Source: an uncultured Erysipelotrichaceae bacterium
GTDB lineage: Bacteria; Bacillota_I; Bacilli_A; Erysipelotrichales; Erysipelotrichaceae
Assembly: GCA_902803055.1 (NCBI GenBank)
Contig: CADCOR010000321.1
Span: 1 to 54,163 of the forward strand
Direction: 5' to 3'
Length of the DNA: 54,163 nucleotides
Part shown: positions 27,356-39,028 of the stretch, piece by piece
How positions within the stretch are numbered: the stretch's first letter is position 1
How the letters are laid out: the number at the start of each line of letters is the position of its first letter
Translations under genes and position numbers: made by a program
Notes under the pieces: generated by a model
Database searches by the model: none
The model's input: the letters and a program-made list of their open reading frames with translations, nothing else
Told to the model about the DNA's origin: nothing

Positions 27356-27975
27356 ATTTTCACCTCACTGATATCATCATATACTTCATCACATTTCTCT
27401 TTAAGCAGCTCTTTGGCCTGATGGCCTTTGGCCACCAGCACACAGCGGATATTCATGGCTTGAGCAGTCTCCAAATCATGCAGGGTATCACCGATCATCA
27501 GACAATCATCAGGATTCTTGTCTTTGATCCAGTTTAAGGCGATCTGAACCTTTGATCCGGCATAGATATTATCGATACCCAGCACTTCATCAAAGTATTC
27601 CTCTATCTCCAGTTCCTTAAGCTGTTTCTTGAGTTCAATCAGACTTGAAGCACTTAACAGGATATTCCTGTATCCCCTGGCGTGACTCTTCTTAAGAAAA
27701 TCGATCACGCCGTCATGTACCTTGTAGTCGTTGCGCATTGCCCGATAGCGTTCAAACCAATAGCGCCCCACTTCTTCATAAGAATAGACATCCCAGTCAA
27801 AGCCGACCGCTTCATAGTAATCCTTGACGGGAAAGGTAAAAATCTGCAGATACTCTTCCAAAGTCAAAGGATCACGTTTCAGCCCATAATGACTGATCGT
27901 ATCATTCTCCGCCTGCAGACAGACCAGCGTATCATCAAGTACAGTGCCATTGAAATCAAAAATGATATACTTCAT
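27352..27975 (-). CDS. HAD-superfamily hydrolase
   Basis: 207 aa. Motif I FDFNGTV (second Asp is Asn), motif II LLSAS and motif [10 protein letters not shown]. Confidence 0.75.
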   Translation of the reverse strand: MKYIIFDFNGTVLDDTLVCLQAENDTISHYGLKRDPLTLEEYLQIFTFPVKDYYEAVGFDWDVYSYEEVGRYWFERYRAMRNDYKVHDGVIDFLKKSHARGYRNILLSASSLIELKKQLKELEIEEYFDEVLGIDNIYAGSKVQIALNWIKDKNPDDCLMIGDTLHDLETAQAMNIRCVLVAKGHQAKELLKEKCDEVYDDISEVKI

Positions 27976-28010
27976 AAGCTTATTCTATAATAAAAGACTC
28001 TTGCGAGTCT

Positions 28011-28328
28011 TTAGTATTCATCTGCTTCAGAAATAACTGACGGTCCTTCGTCTTCGATCTCTTCCACTTCCTCATCTTCGAGTTCGATTTCTGAGATGTT
28101 GACATGTGTTTCTTCAAACTTGCGTCTCTCTCTGAGATCCCATTTGTTTTCCTTCAGGGAAACAAAACGGGTATCAAGGCTAAGATCGGAATAGAATCTG
28201 CCAATTCGATCTGAAGAAGCACCATAGATCTTTGCCACTTCTTCCCAGAGCTTGTTGAACTGGACTGAGCGTTTCTTTTTTGACAGGACATCGTAAGCAA
28301 CGTCAGTCATTGATTTGGTACAAGACAT
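28011..28328 (-). CDS. rpoE: DNA-directed RNA polymerase delta subunit
   Basis: MTDVAYDVLSKKKRSVQFNKLWEEV...DTRFVSL..KWDLRE, followed by an acidic tail. I chose the start at 28328, an internal Met of the track ORF. Confidence 0.85.
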   Translation of the reverse strand: MSCTKSMTDVAYDVLSKKKRSVQFNKLWEEVAKIYGASSDRIGRFYSDLSLDTRFVSLKENKWDLRERRKFEETHVNISEIELEDEEVEEIEDEGPSVISEADEY

Positions 28329-28344
28329 GATATCTGTTTTACTC

Positions 28345-28692
28345 CTAATAATACTGTATTCTGATTGTTCTTTCCTCATCAGAGATGAGGTAGCGCATTA
28401 CTAATATATCACTATTTATAGAATATGCAACCACTTTCGCATCAATTTGTATAATTCCTTCGGCACTGCTGATTTTCGCATAATTGTTATCCAGTAAATG
28501 CAGCTCCAGTTCATGATCTTCAGCCTGTTTAAACAGGCACAATCCTCCATCAGAAATAAACATTTCACACTTTGAACCTTCGTTATCACGATAGGAAAAA
28601 TGATTCTGATCTTCAATGCCCATTACTTCAACTTCATCGAAATAAGATGCGGATGGATTGCTTAAAGATACTCTGGCATTCATAGACAACAT
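28345..28692 (-). CDS. DUF1934 (YwiB-like) protein
   Basis: Its position immediately upstream of rpoE matches ywiB in Bacillus. Small beta-rich protein. The start is ambiguous (28692 or 28683). The track start at 28740 would abut murD with no promoter space. Confidence 0.5.
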   Translation of the reverse strand: MLSMNARVSLSNPSASYFDEVEVMGIEDQNHFSYRDNEGSKCEMFISDGGLCLFKQAEDHELELHLLDNNYAKISSAEGIIQIDAKVVAYSINSDILVMRYLISDEERTIRIQYY

Positions 28693-28740
28693 TGTACCTG
28701 ATGATTTAATTAAGTCAACAATAATGATAAAATTAAGCAT

Positions 28741-30078
28741 ATGGATTATAGAAACAAAAAGGTACTGGTCATCGGGCTGGCTCGCTCTGGCAAAGCAGCG
28801 ATCAGAGTCCTGGCTAAACTGGGTGCCATCATTTTTTTATCAGAGAAAAAACAGATCAATGAGGAAGATCGTGCTTTTCTTGAAGGACTGAATGTTGAGA
28901 TCATGGGACAGGAAATGGAAGTCTTTGAAAAAGACTATGACCTGGTCATCAAAAACCCGGGTGTCCCGCCTGTTTCCCCGATCGTAAAAAAGCTGGAAGA
29001 AAGAAAGATCAAGATCATTACCGAGATCGAACTCGCCTTTGATGTTGCCAAGCCGCAGCACTATATCGCTATCACCGGCACCAATGGCAAGACGACAACT
29101 ACAACGATCATGTATGAGCTGCTTAAAACAGCTTTCAAAGATAAAGCTCACGTGGGCGGCAATATCGGTACACCTTTATGTGAACTGCTTCTGGATCACA
29201 ACCTGATGGAGGAGGAAGGACATTACATTTCTTTAGAGATCTCCAACCATCAGCTGGTCGATATCGATCTGTTCCGTCCTCAGATAGCGACCATCATCAA
29301 TCTTACTCCTGATCATCTTGAGACCATGGGCTCTCTGGATGCCTATTACCGCTCCAAAGTTCAGGTCTATCGCAATATGAAAGATGATGATATTTTCATC
29401 TATAATGCCGATGATGAAGTGCTTAAGGAATACACTGACCGCTATCCGATCAACTGCAGAATTCAGTCATTCTCTCTGATCAGAAATGATACCTATTCTT
29501 ACATCAAAGACGGCTATATTTTTGTCAACAACGAAAAAATCATTCCACTGGATATCATCCACCTCGTCGGAAAACATAACTGGCAGAATATCATTATCGC
29601 TGTCACAGCAGCCAAAGCTCTTGGCATTTCCAATGAAGATATCTATAAGACCATCGATGCGTTCAAAGGCGTCGAACACCGCATTGAATTCGTCAAGGAG
29701 ATCAGCGGCGTAAAATTCTACAACGACTCCAAAGGTACCAATACCGATGCGACCATCATCGCCTTGAATGCGTTTGATAAAGGCGTTATCCTGTTAGTCG
29801 GCGGCTATGAAAAAGGACTTGATATGTCTGAAATGCGCAAGCATCTTGGCTGCGTCAAAAAGATCATCGGTTTTGGCGTGGCCGGCAGAAGAATCGCCGG
29901 CGACCTATGTGATGATCCGATCATCGTCACTACGCTTGATGAAGCGGTAAATGAAGCCGTAAAGATCGCACAAAGCGGTGATGTCGTCTTATTATCGCCG
30001 ACTACCTCAAGTTTTGATCAGTATTCAGGCTATGAAGAGCGCGGCAGACATTTCAAACAGATCGTTAATTCATTATGA
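28741..30078 (+). CDS. murD: UDP-N-acetylmuramoyl-L-alanine--D-glutamate ligase
   Basis: 445 aa. KVLVIGLARSGKAA, ITGTNGKTTTT and NDSKGTN. Confidence 0.95.
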   Translation: MDYRNKKVLVIGLARSGKAAIRVLAKLGAIIFLSEKKQINEEDRAFLEGLNVEIMGQEMEVFEKDYDLVIKNPGVPPVSPIVKKLEERKIKIITEIELAFDVAKPQHYIAITGTNGKTTTTTIMYELLKTAFKDKAHVGGNIGTPLCELLLDHNLMEEEGHYISLEISNHQLVDIDLFRPQIATIINLTPDHLETMGSLDAYYRSKVQVYRNMKDDDIFIYNADDEVLKEYTDRYPINCRIQSFSLIRNDTYSYIKDGYIFVNNEKIIPLDIIHLVGKHNWQNIIIAVTAAKALGISNEDIYKTIDAFKGVEHRIEFVKEISGVKFYNDSKGTNTDATIIALNAFDKGVILLVGGYEKGLDMSEMRKHLGCVKKIIGFGVAGRRIAGDLCDDPIIVTTLDEAVNEAVKIAQSGDVVLLSPTTSSFDQYSGYEERGRHFKQIVNSL

Positions 30079-30866
30079 GCAGAAAATATATCGGCGTTTT
30101 TGATTCAGGACTCGGCGGTCTGACGACAGTCAGGTCGCTGATCGAAAAACTGCCTCAGGAAAATGTTGTTTTTCTTGGTGACACCAAGAATGTTCCTTAT
30201 GGTTCCAAGAACAGAGAGGAAATCCTTTCGCTTGCCTGCAACAACATCGCCTTTTTAAGACAATATGATCTTAAAGCGATCGTCATCGCCTGCAATACCG
30301 TTGATTCCAATGTAGGCGATAAGCTCAGAAGAGAAAGTGATATCAGACTTCTCGGTGTTCTTGATCCGGCCGCAAAAAAAGCCGCCGAGATCACAGTCAA
30401 TGGCCGCATCGGCGTACTGGCAACGGAAATGACCGTCAGATCAGAAACATATAAAAACAGAATTCACATTTATAATTCAAAAGCAGAAGTCTTTCAGGCC
30501 GCCTGCCCTTTGCTGGTGCCGATGATCGAAAGCGGTGATTTCATCAATAAAAAAGAAGCCACAAAAAAAGCTCTGCTTGATTATCTGAAGCCGCTGATTG
30601 CTGAAGATATCGATACACTGGTCTTAGGCTGCACCCATTACGACGTGCTGATCGATATGTGCAAGAAAGAATATCCCGATCTCAAGATCGTCTCTTCTTC
30701 ACGCCTGGTCATCGATGATCTGCTGGAATATCTAAAAGATGATCTCAATGATCAGAAAGAAGTAAAGCGCTTATACTATGTGAGCTCTGATCCGGATAAA
30801 TTCATCGATCAGGCCAGACTTATCATTCCCAATATCAATGTCATAAAAACAGGCGAATCAGATTGA
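30075..30866 (+). CDS. murI: glutamate racemase
   Basis: 263 aa. IGVFDSGLGGLT, VIACNT and LGCTHY. ATGA overlap with the murD stop. Confidence 0.95.
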   Translation: MSRKYIGVFDSGLGGLTTVRSLIEKLPQENVVFLGDTKNVPYGSKNREEILSLACNNIAFLRQYDLKAIVIACNTVDSNVGDKLRRESDIRLLGVLDPAAKKAAEITVNGRIGVLATEMTVRSETYKNRIHIYNSKAEVFQAACPLLVPMIESGDFINKKEATKKALLDYLKPLIAEDIDTLVLGCTHYDVLIDMCKKEYPDLKIVSSSRLVIDDLLEYLKDDLNDQKEVKRLYYVSSDPDKFIDQARLIIPNINVIKTGESD

Positions 30867-30884
30867 TTCGCCTTGTTTTTGTTT
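30852..30884 (+). terminator. terminator of murD-murI
   Basis: ggcgaatca-gat-tgattcgcc followed by ttgtttttgttt. The stem includes the last murI codons. Confidence 0.65.
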
Positions 30885-31422
30885 AATAGTTTTCTGCGTT
30901 CACTTCAAAGTATGATTTAGGATGAGCACATACCGGGCAGAGTTCCGGAGCCTTTGTGCCAACTACGATATGACCGCAGTTGCGGCATTCCCAGACTTTG
31001 ACCTCTGACTTCGCAAATACTTCCTGAGCTTCGACATTCTTCAATAAAGCTCTGTATCTTTCTTCATGGTGCTTTTCAATTGCACCTACAAGACGGAATT
31101 TTACAGCAAGCTCTTTGAAGCCTTCAGCTTCAGCAGTCTTGGCGAAATCTTCATACATGTCAGTCCACTCATAGTTTTCACCGTCAGCAGCGGCAGCGAG
31201 ATTCTGAGCTGTATCGCCAATGCCATCAAGCTCTTTGAACCACATCTTTGCATGTTCTTTTTCGTTATCGGCTGTCTTTAAGAATAAAGCGGCGATCTGC
31301 TCAAAGCCTTCTTTTTTGGCCTTGGATGCAAAATAAGTATACTTATTTCTTGCCTGTGATTCACCGGCGAAAGCCGCCTGCAAATTCTTCTCTGTCTGTG
31401 TACCAGCGTATTTGTTTGCCAT
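30883..31422 (-). CDS. rbr: rubrerythrin
   Basis: 179 aa. Ferritin-like diiron domain ([16 protein letters not shown]) plus C-terminal rubredoxin CRNCG..CPVC. Confidence 0.95.
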   Translation of the reverse strand: MANKYAGTQTEKNLQAAFAGESQARNKYTYFASKAKKEGFEQIAALFLKTADNEKEHAKMWFKELDGIGDTAQNLAAAADGENYEWTDMYEDFAKTAEAEGFKELAVKFRLVGAIEKHHEERYRALLKNVEAQEVFAKSEVKVWECRNCGHIVVGTKAPELCPVCAHPKSYFEVNAENY

Positions 31423-31467
31423 TAATTTTCCTCCTTATTTTAATGGATCAACTACATTATTATTATA

Positions 31468-32052
31468 CTATTTTGTTTTCATCATAAAACGGGCTTTAAG
31501 CTCATATCTGAGGTCTTTAAAGTTTATTATAATCATCACTATGAATAATACAATTGAAGCGATCTGAAAGGCAAAAGCGACCCAGTTTCTGATCGGCCAG
31601 GATGAGGAATACGGTATCAGCATCAGATTGAATAAGCCCAGCATGGTGATAGAGACCAGGTGTCTTCTTCTTCGCCCATAAGTCGCAAAAAAGACGATAA
31701 ACATGACAAGCAGATAGCCGAATAAGACGATCGGAACTACCGTCTTAGCCCAGCCCGGTGCCAGAAAGCGATCGATCAGGATCAGCAAGACCACCAGATA
31801 GAATACAACCTTGACCGCATGGGAGAAGATCGAAAATTCCACTAAGCGCAGCGAAAAAAGCAGACTCCATGAGGCAAACAGGGACCAGACAACAATGATC
31901 GACCAGGCCTTGCCTTTAAGCAGGTAGTTTATTAACAGGCACACCGCTCCGGCAATTATAAAGGCATATCTGGCAAACTCCCTGAAAACCCGATAAAAAC
32001 GATACTGACGGTGAGGTACGGGATAAGTGATCTTACGATTCATAATCAACAC
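31468..32052 (-). CDS. polytopic membrane protein, uncharacterised
   Basis: 194 aa with about 6 hydrophobic segments. The start overlaps the upstream gene's end by 20 nt. Confidence 0.55.
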   Translation of the reverse strand: MLIMNRKITYPVPHRQYRFYRVFREFARYAFIIAGAVCLLINYLLKGKAWSIIVVWSLFASWSLLFSLRLVEFSIFSHAVKVVFYLVVLLILIDRFLAPGWAKTVVPIVLFGYLLVMFIVFFATYGRRRRHLVSITMLGLFNLMLIPYSSSWPIRNWVAFAFQIASIVLFIVMIIINFKDLRYELKARFMMKTK

Positions 32053-33532
32053 TGCCCTCCAGTTCTATATTCAATCCGTCTTCCTCAAGAAGTCTCAGCA
32101 GTTCATTTTCCAGTGTCTCTTCCCGATTCGCTTTCGTTATCGTAAAAACGGCTTTATCTTTATAAGTAGCTAAAGAAGACATGAAACGGTTAGGCCGGCT
32201 TGGATTGAGAATAAACAGGAATTTATCGACATATTCCTTCATCTCGACCGGTGTTTCGATCACACCCAGATTGGATAAGACACCAGTCACGATGTTGTTG
32301 GCCATATAGGGATATATCACCTGCATCAAAGGCGTCTTGATGATCAGCGGAACAAATGAAAGCGAGGAGATGAGCTTGTCAGTCGTCTTCATCATGTTGT
32401 TCATGACTTCTTCGTTGCCTCTTTCCTTAAACTGTTCGCTGAAAAGTTCAATAAGCTGTTTTCTGTCTTTGATGTCATTCAGCTCACAGCTCGCATTGAA
32501 ATACATCGAATAGTTGCGCATCGTGACAGAGCCATCAAATTTGCGCATATTGACCGGGATCTGCACATTGACTGCCCCTTTATTGGCACTGATCGCCTTT
32601 CTGATAGCCAAAAACTCCAAAGCCAGCAGATATGTCGTAACCGTTGCATCGTATCTTTTGGCCGCCTTTTTCAGTTGTGCAGCCGACATATTGAAATGAA
32701 TGATCCGCGACATATTTGTATGAACAAGCTTGCCATCAAGCTGCAGAGCCTTTTTATCAGTAAAAGTCGAAAGACTTCCCGAACCTTCAGCCTTGATGAA
32801 TTCGTTTGCCAGCTCTTCTTCCGGAACCGGCTCATTCAGATCCTTGACTCCTTCTCCGCAAGGTATCTCATGACCAAGCAGACGCAGATACTCACTGACC
32901 AGCGTCTTTAAGAAGATCATTGCCCCGCTGCCATCAGAGAGAACATGAAAGACCTCAAGGGATATCCTCTTCTTGTAGTAAAGCAGACGGAAAGAACGGT
33001 TGCTTCTTAAGATCAGTGATATCGGCTTGCAGGGGATATCATTTTCCTCTTCGATGATCGGGATGAGTTTGGTCGTCTCCAGATAATGCCAGAAAAAACC
33101 ATTCTTGATGATCGAAAGAAAGAGCGGGAAGCGCTTGATCGTCAAATCTAGAGCGATCTGCAGCAATTCGGGCACGATATCTTCATATAATACAGCCGAA
33201 ACCCTAAACATCGGCATCTGATCAAAAGTCATGCCTAAAGGGTAAACGATCGCCGCATTGTCCAAAGAATAATACTGGCGGGAATCATCCATGAAAAAAT
33301 CACCCAGTTTTGCAGGATCAAGCAGTTTGACGGTCTCGCTTACTGTTTTCCCCTGATCCAGGTAATATTCAAAAGCTCTTAAAAAGTGTTCAGTCAGAAG
33401 ATTCTTGCTGACAAAAGGCAGATCGCATTTTTCTTCCAGAAGTTCAAAAAAAGCTTCGATCTTCTTTGTGTCTTCAGCACTTTGACCGCCGGTAAGTTTG
33501 ATTATCTGTGCATTATATCTATTGTTTTTCAT
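32033..33532 (-). CDS. stand-alone condensation-domain-like / alcohol-acyltransferase-like protein (HxxxDG)
   Basis: 499 aa. Catalytic-type motif FHVLSDGSG about 200 aa from the N-terminus. The N-terminal ~80 aa helical module ends in QGKTVSETVKLLDPAKLGDFF. Confidence 0.55.
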   Translation of the reverse strand: MKNNRYNAQIIKLTGGQSAEDTKKIEAFFELLEEKCDLPFVSKNLLTEHFLRAFEYYLDQGKTVSETVKLLDPAKLGDFFMDDSRQYYSLDNAAIVYPLGMTFDQMPMFRVSAVLYEDIVPELLQIALDLTIKRFPLFLSIIKNGFFWHYLETTKLIPIIEEENDIPCKPISLILRSNRSFRLLYYKKRISLEVFHVLSDGSGAMIFLKTLVSEYLRLLGHEIPCGEGVKDLNEPVPEEELANEFIKAEGSGSLSTFTDKKALQLDGKLVHTNMSRIIHFNMSAAQLKKAAKRYDATVTTYLLALEFLAIRKAISANKGAVNVQIPVNMRKFDGSVTMRNYSMYFNASCELNDIKDRKQLIELFSEQFKERGNEEVMNNMMKTTDKLISSLSFVPLIIKTPLMQVIYPYMANNIVTGVLSNLGVIETPVEMKEYVDKFLFILNPSRPNRFMSSLATYKDKAVFTITKANREETLENELLRLLEEDGLNIELEGSVDYES

Positions 33533-33560
33533 TGCTTAATATGACTTCCAGTTAAAAAAA

Positions 33561-33635
33561 TGGCGGCCCCAACAGGAATCGAACCTGTAACTATCCCTTA
33601 GGAGGGGATTGTTTGATCCATTAGACTATGGGGCC
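33561..33635 (-). tRNA. tRNA-Arg (anticodon CCU), CCA encoded
   Basis: Hand-folded on the minus strand. Acceptor GGCCCCA/TGGGGCC, anticodon stem ATCCC/GGGAT, loop CTCCTAA, T-arm ACAGG-TTCGATT-CCTGT, then GCCA. Confidence 0.85.
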
Positions 33636-33644
33636 ACATAACCT

Positions 33645-33653
33645 ATTATAGCA
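33645..33653 (-). promoter_or_regulatory. extended -10 promoter (TGcTATAAT) for tRNA-Arg
   Basis: Minus strand reads tgcTATAAT, ending 9 nt before the mature tRNA 5' end. Confidence 0.4.
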
Positions 33654-33680
33654 AAAAGAAAATAGAGCGCCTGCTCTATT
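33652..33680 (-). terminator. terminator downstream of the ABC exporter gene
   Basis: Minus strand reads aatagagc-aggc-gctctatt followed by ttctttttgc. Confidence 0.55.
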
Positions 33681-33804
33681 TCTCTCAAAGGATTAAAATG
33701 AAAAAACTTTTTACACTATTAATATAAACTATAAATGTGAAAGAATTGTGAAATATATTTCAATTTATGAAAATCTTTGAAAATTCTTATGAAACTGTTT
33801 TCAA

Positions 33805-35631
33805 TCAGCTCTTTCCCTCTTCTACTTCCAGTCTCTTGAACTGTTTCTCATAGAGTTCTGTATAGACACCGCCAGCTTTTACCAGCTCGGAATGTTTGCC
33901 TTTTTCAACGATCTCGCCATCCTTGATGACCAGGATCTCATCAGCGTGCAAGACAGTGGAGAGACGATGAGCGATCAGGATCGAAGTCCTTTCGGCGATA
34001 AGCGGTTCGATCGCCTGCTGGATCAGATCTTCAGAGATCGTATCAAGCGCTGATGTCGCTTCATCAAAGATCATCAGTGAAGGATCCTTTAGCAGGACTC
34101 TGGCGATCGAAATACGCTGTTTTTCACCACCGGAAAGCTTCAGTCCGCGATTGCCGACCATCGTGTCATAGCCTTCCGGCTGAGCTGCGATGAAATCGTG
34201 GATATTGGCCTTCTTGCAGGCCTCGATCATTTCTTCCATCGACGCATCAGGGCGGGCATATAACAGATTGTCCTTGATCGTTCCCGAGAAGAGATAGGTC
34301 TCTTGCGAGACCAGACCGATCTGGCTTCTGAGCCATTTCAGATCCAGCTTTCGCACATCGATGCCATCAAAGGATACGACGCCATTCCAGACATCATAAA
34401 GACGCGGGATCAGATTGACGATCGTCGACTTGCCTGAACCGGAAGGACCGACCAGTGCTACGCATTTGCCTTTAGGCAAAGAGAAAGAGATATTCTTTAA
34501 GATCTGCCGATCCGGATTATAGCCGAAATCAACATTCACAAAATTGACTGTGCCATTTGAATCAAATGGTTTTAAAGGTTTCTTGACTTCCTGAATTTCC
34601 GGTTCCATATCAAAGTATTCGAAAATTCGCGTAAAGTTAGCCATGGATCTGATCCATTCTACGCCAATTGAAAGCAAGGAATTGACCGGACCATACATCC
34701 TGCTCAATAAAGAGACCATAACGGTGATATCGCCGACACTCAGACTTGAATCATAGTTCATCATGATGATGCCGCCAGCCAGATATATCAGCATTGGTCC
34801 AAAGGAAGTGAAGGTACTCATCATCATTCTGAACCAGCGGCCAGCCATTGATTCCTTGATGTTGAGCTTGATCATGTTTTCATTAGCCTGACGGTATCTT
34901 TCGTATTCCCTGTCTTCAGCCGTAAACAGTTTGACCAGCAATTGACCGGAAACTGACAGTGTTTCATTGAGAATGCCATTGATCTCGTCACGGCATTCCT
35001 GAGCTTCTCTGGTCAAAGACCAGCGTTTCTTGCCCGCCATCCTGGTTGGCAAAGAAAACAGAGGCACTATGATCAAAGCCAGAGTGGCCAGGATATAGTT
35101 GCGCTGATACATCGCGATCAAAGCCGCGATCAGCGTGATCAGATTGGAAAGGATCGAGGCAAAGGTATTGGAAATGATCTGCTGCACACCAGAGATATCA
35201 TCGTTCATGCGGGTGATGATATCGCCCTGGTTGTTTTCCGTGAAGAAGCGATTGCTCATCTTCAGCAGATGGGCAAACATCTGGTTGCGCATATCATAAG
35301 TGATATGCTGAGCGATCCAGGAGTTCATATAATTCTGCAAGACGCCAATCAGATTGGAAGCGATCTTCAGAAAGAAAGAGATGACGACCAGCTTGATCAG
35401 GATCGGCATCGAACGCCCGATAAGTCCTTCATCGACGATCCTGCCGGTCAGCAGTGAAGGATACATATCGAGTACAGCCGAAAGGCCAATGGACAACAAG
35501 GCCAGGATCAGCTGCGGAATATACGGTTTAAGATAGGAAAAGACTCTTTTCAGCAAAGGCCATGTCACTTCCGGCGCATTTGCTTTTTCTTCTTCGGTCA
35601 GAAAGTTTCTGCCACCCCTTGGACCAGGCAT
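33805..35631 (-). CDS. ABC exporter, fused permease/ATPase (MsbA/multidrug type)
   Basis: 608 aa. Six-TM domain, then Walker A GPSGSGKST, signature LSGGEKQR and Walker B MIFDEATSALD. Confidence 0.9.
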   Translation of the reverse strand: MPGPRGGRNFLTEEEKANAPEVTWPLLKRVFSYLKPYIPQLILALLSIGLSAVLDMYPSLLTGRIVDEGLIGRSMPILIKLVVISFFLKIASNLIGVLQNYMNSWIAQHITYDMRNQMFAHLLKMSNRFFTENNQGDIITRMNDDISGVQQIISNTFASILSNLITLIAALIAMYQRNYILATLALIIVPLFSLPTRMAGKKRWSLTREAQECRDEINGILNETLSVSGQLLVKLFTAEDREYERYRQANENMIKLNIKESMAGRWFRMMMSTFTSFGPMLIYLAGGIIMMNYDSSLSVGDITVMVSLLSRMYGPVNSLLSIGVEWIRSMANFTRIFEYFDMEPEIQEVKKPLKPFDSNGTVNFVNVDFGYNPDRQILKNISFSLPKGKCVALVGPSGSGKSTIVNLIPRLYDVWNGVVSFDGIDVRKLDLKWLRSQIGLVSQETYLFSGTIKDNLLYARPDASMEEMIEACKKANIHDFIAAQPEGYDTMVGNRGLKLSGGEKQRISIARVLLKDPSLMIFDEATSALDTISEDLIQQAIEPLIAERTSILIAHRLSTVLHADEILVIKDGEIVEKGKHSELVKAGGVYTELYEKQFKRLEVEEGKS

Positions 35632-35672
35632 ATCATTATTCCTCCATATTTGAATTATTAAGGATATTATAC

Positions 35673-35703
35673 AAAAAAGTTCTCTGCGAAAGAGAACTTT
35701 TTC
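35673..35703 (-). terminator. terminator of groESL
   Basis: agttctct-gcgaa-agagaact with flanking A and T runs, 25 nt after the groEL stop. Confidence 0.7.
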
Positions 35704-35726
35704 TATTGTTGTTTATGAACTGCTCT

Positions 35727-37642
<1,916 letters not shown>

Positions 37643-37681
37643 TCTGATAACCTCCTTACCATACTTTATTATAATCATTTA

Positions 37682-37707
37682 TAGCACTCAGTCAATAAGA
37701 GTGCTAA
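37682..37707. promoter_or_regulatory. CIRCE element (HrcA operator)
   Basis: tAGCACTC-N9-GAGTGCTAA, 40 nt upstream of the groES start. Confidence 0.9.
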
Positions 37708-37730
37708 AACTTAGCACCACTTTATCACTA

Positions 37731-37757
37731 TATAAAAAGTGATCATAGAGATCACTT
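37731..37757 (-). terminator. terminator of the upstream gene string
   Basis: Minus strand reads aagtgatc-tctat-gatcactt followed by tttata. The stem overlaps the stop codon at 37752. Confidence 0.5.
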
Positions 37758-38981
37758 ATTATAGCCAAGAATTTTGATTGCCATGATATTGGTATAGACA
37801 TAGGCTTCAAGCGGATAATCCTTCATATCGATCGAATTGGAATTGACCAGAACATGGCCATCAACGACTCTCGAAACGATCACCGTATGGGCTAAAGATG
37901 CGTTGCCGACGATCACGATATCACCCGGTTCACAATAATAGGAATTGATGTTAACATCAGCGACCAGTCCCTTGCCTTCATTATCTCTGGCATATTCATA
38001 GAAGTACTCGACATTGACCCATGATCTGCTCCTTCCCGAAGCCGTTTCTTCTTCGTTGATCTCCGGATCAAATTCGGGATCCTCAATATAGCACTTCCAC
38101 TGAGCTTCCCCTTCATTATCCATCAAAATACCGCCTTCCAGCATCGACTGGGAAGCATAGTTCTGACAGTTTCCGCCCTCATCGGTAAAGTTGTACCATT
38201 TCGGATTGCGTTCATGATAATACTGATTTGAATAGGATACAGCCTTGGAGCGGTCATATGCGACCCCATAAGAAAGTTTGGACTCATATGGCTTGCTTTG
38301 TGCTTTACTGCGCAATACTTCCATATTGTAATCAGTCAGATCCTTGAGCTGATTGATGTAGTAGTCATAGACTTCATCAACACTTTTCTCTTTCTCATCA
38401 TAGAAAGTCAGATAGTAACCCTGGACCTTTTCCAGATCAATAATTTTATTATTTTCATCGATCACAAAACTGTTTTCAATATCGTAAGACGATGATTCAA
38501 TACCATTCAGGAAAGCAAAATACATGTAGTCATCTTCCAGTATATCTACATAATGGCGGCCGTTTTCATTGCGATAACCCGTAACTTTCAGATCATAGTG
38601 TCCGCCTTTGAGACTCAGATCAAAGTCATACATCTTGCGCACGTTGACCAGCAAGGAGATCGCTTTTTCAGAGATCTTTGCCATCTTTTCGTTTTCAAAC
38701 AGCTCGGAAATATCAGCTGTTTCCAGCTTGCACAGGCTCAGATAATAGCCATCCATATAATCAGTGATGGTCTTCATCACCTGTTCAGGTACATCAAAAT
38801 CATCACTGATCTGTCCCTTGAAAGAATCAGGAAGCACATCGCTTACCGGTATATCTTCCACCGGCGGCGTTTCTTCCGTTTTTTCTTTTTCCCTGTTTTT
38901 CACATTCATCGCACCAAAAAGCGTCATTACCAGCATGGCGATCAGAAGAAGTGACATCAGAATATTGCTGCGGATTTTCAT
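37752..38981 (-). CDS. membrane-anchored protein with a C-terminal putative amidase domain (Amidase_6-like)
   Basis: 409 aa. N-terminal TM anchor. The C-terminal ~170 aa contain GGNCQNYASQSMLEGG ... GDIVIVG...AHTVIVS...NSNS. Confidence 0.6.
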   Translation of the reverse strand: MKIRSNILMSLLLIAMLVMTLFGAMNVKNREKEKTEETPPVEDIPVSDVLPDSFKGQISDDFDVPEQVMKTITDYMDGYYLSLCKLETADISELFENEKMAKISEKAISLLVNVRKMYDFDLSLKGGHYDLKVTGYRNENGRHYVDILEDDYMYFAFLNGIESSSYDIENSFVIDENNKIIDLEKVQGYYLTFYDEKEKSVDEVYDYYINQLKDLTDYNMEVLRSKAQSKPYESKLSYGVAYDRSKAVSYSNQYYHERNPKWYNFTDEGGNCQNYASQSMLEGGILMDNEGEAQWKCYIEDPEFDPEINEEETASGRSRSWVNVEYFYEYARDNEGKGLVADVNINSYYCEPGDIVIVGNASLAHTVIVSRVVDGHVLVNSNSIDMKDYPLEAYVYTNIMAIKILGYNK

Positions 38982-39028
38982 ATAAGAATTTTAAAACAAT
39001 TAACTCAGATTAACTATACGATTTGAGA

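Noticed and set aside
31423-31467. PerR/Fur-box-like AT-rich string (tataataataat on the minus strand) upstream of rubrerythrin.
   Set aside because: It is not a 7-1-7 inverted repeat when reverse-complemented. It is more simply read as a TATAAT -10 element.
33698-33727. 9-codon mini-ORF (MKKLFTLLI*) with an AGGA 5-6 nt upstream, in the exporter/tRNA-Arg spacer.
   Set aside because: It lies on the plus strand with no downstream plus-strand gene it could regulate. The context is AT-rich, so chance occurrence is likely.
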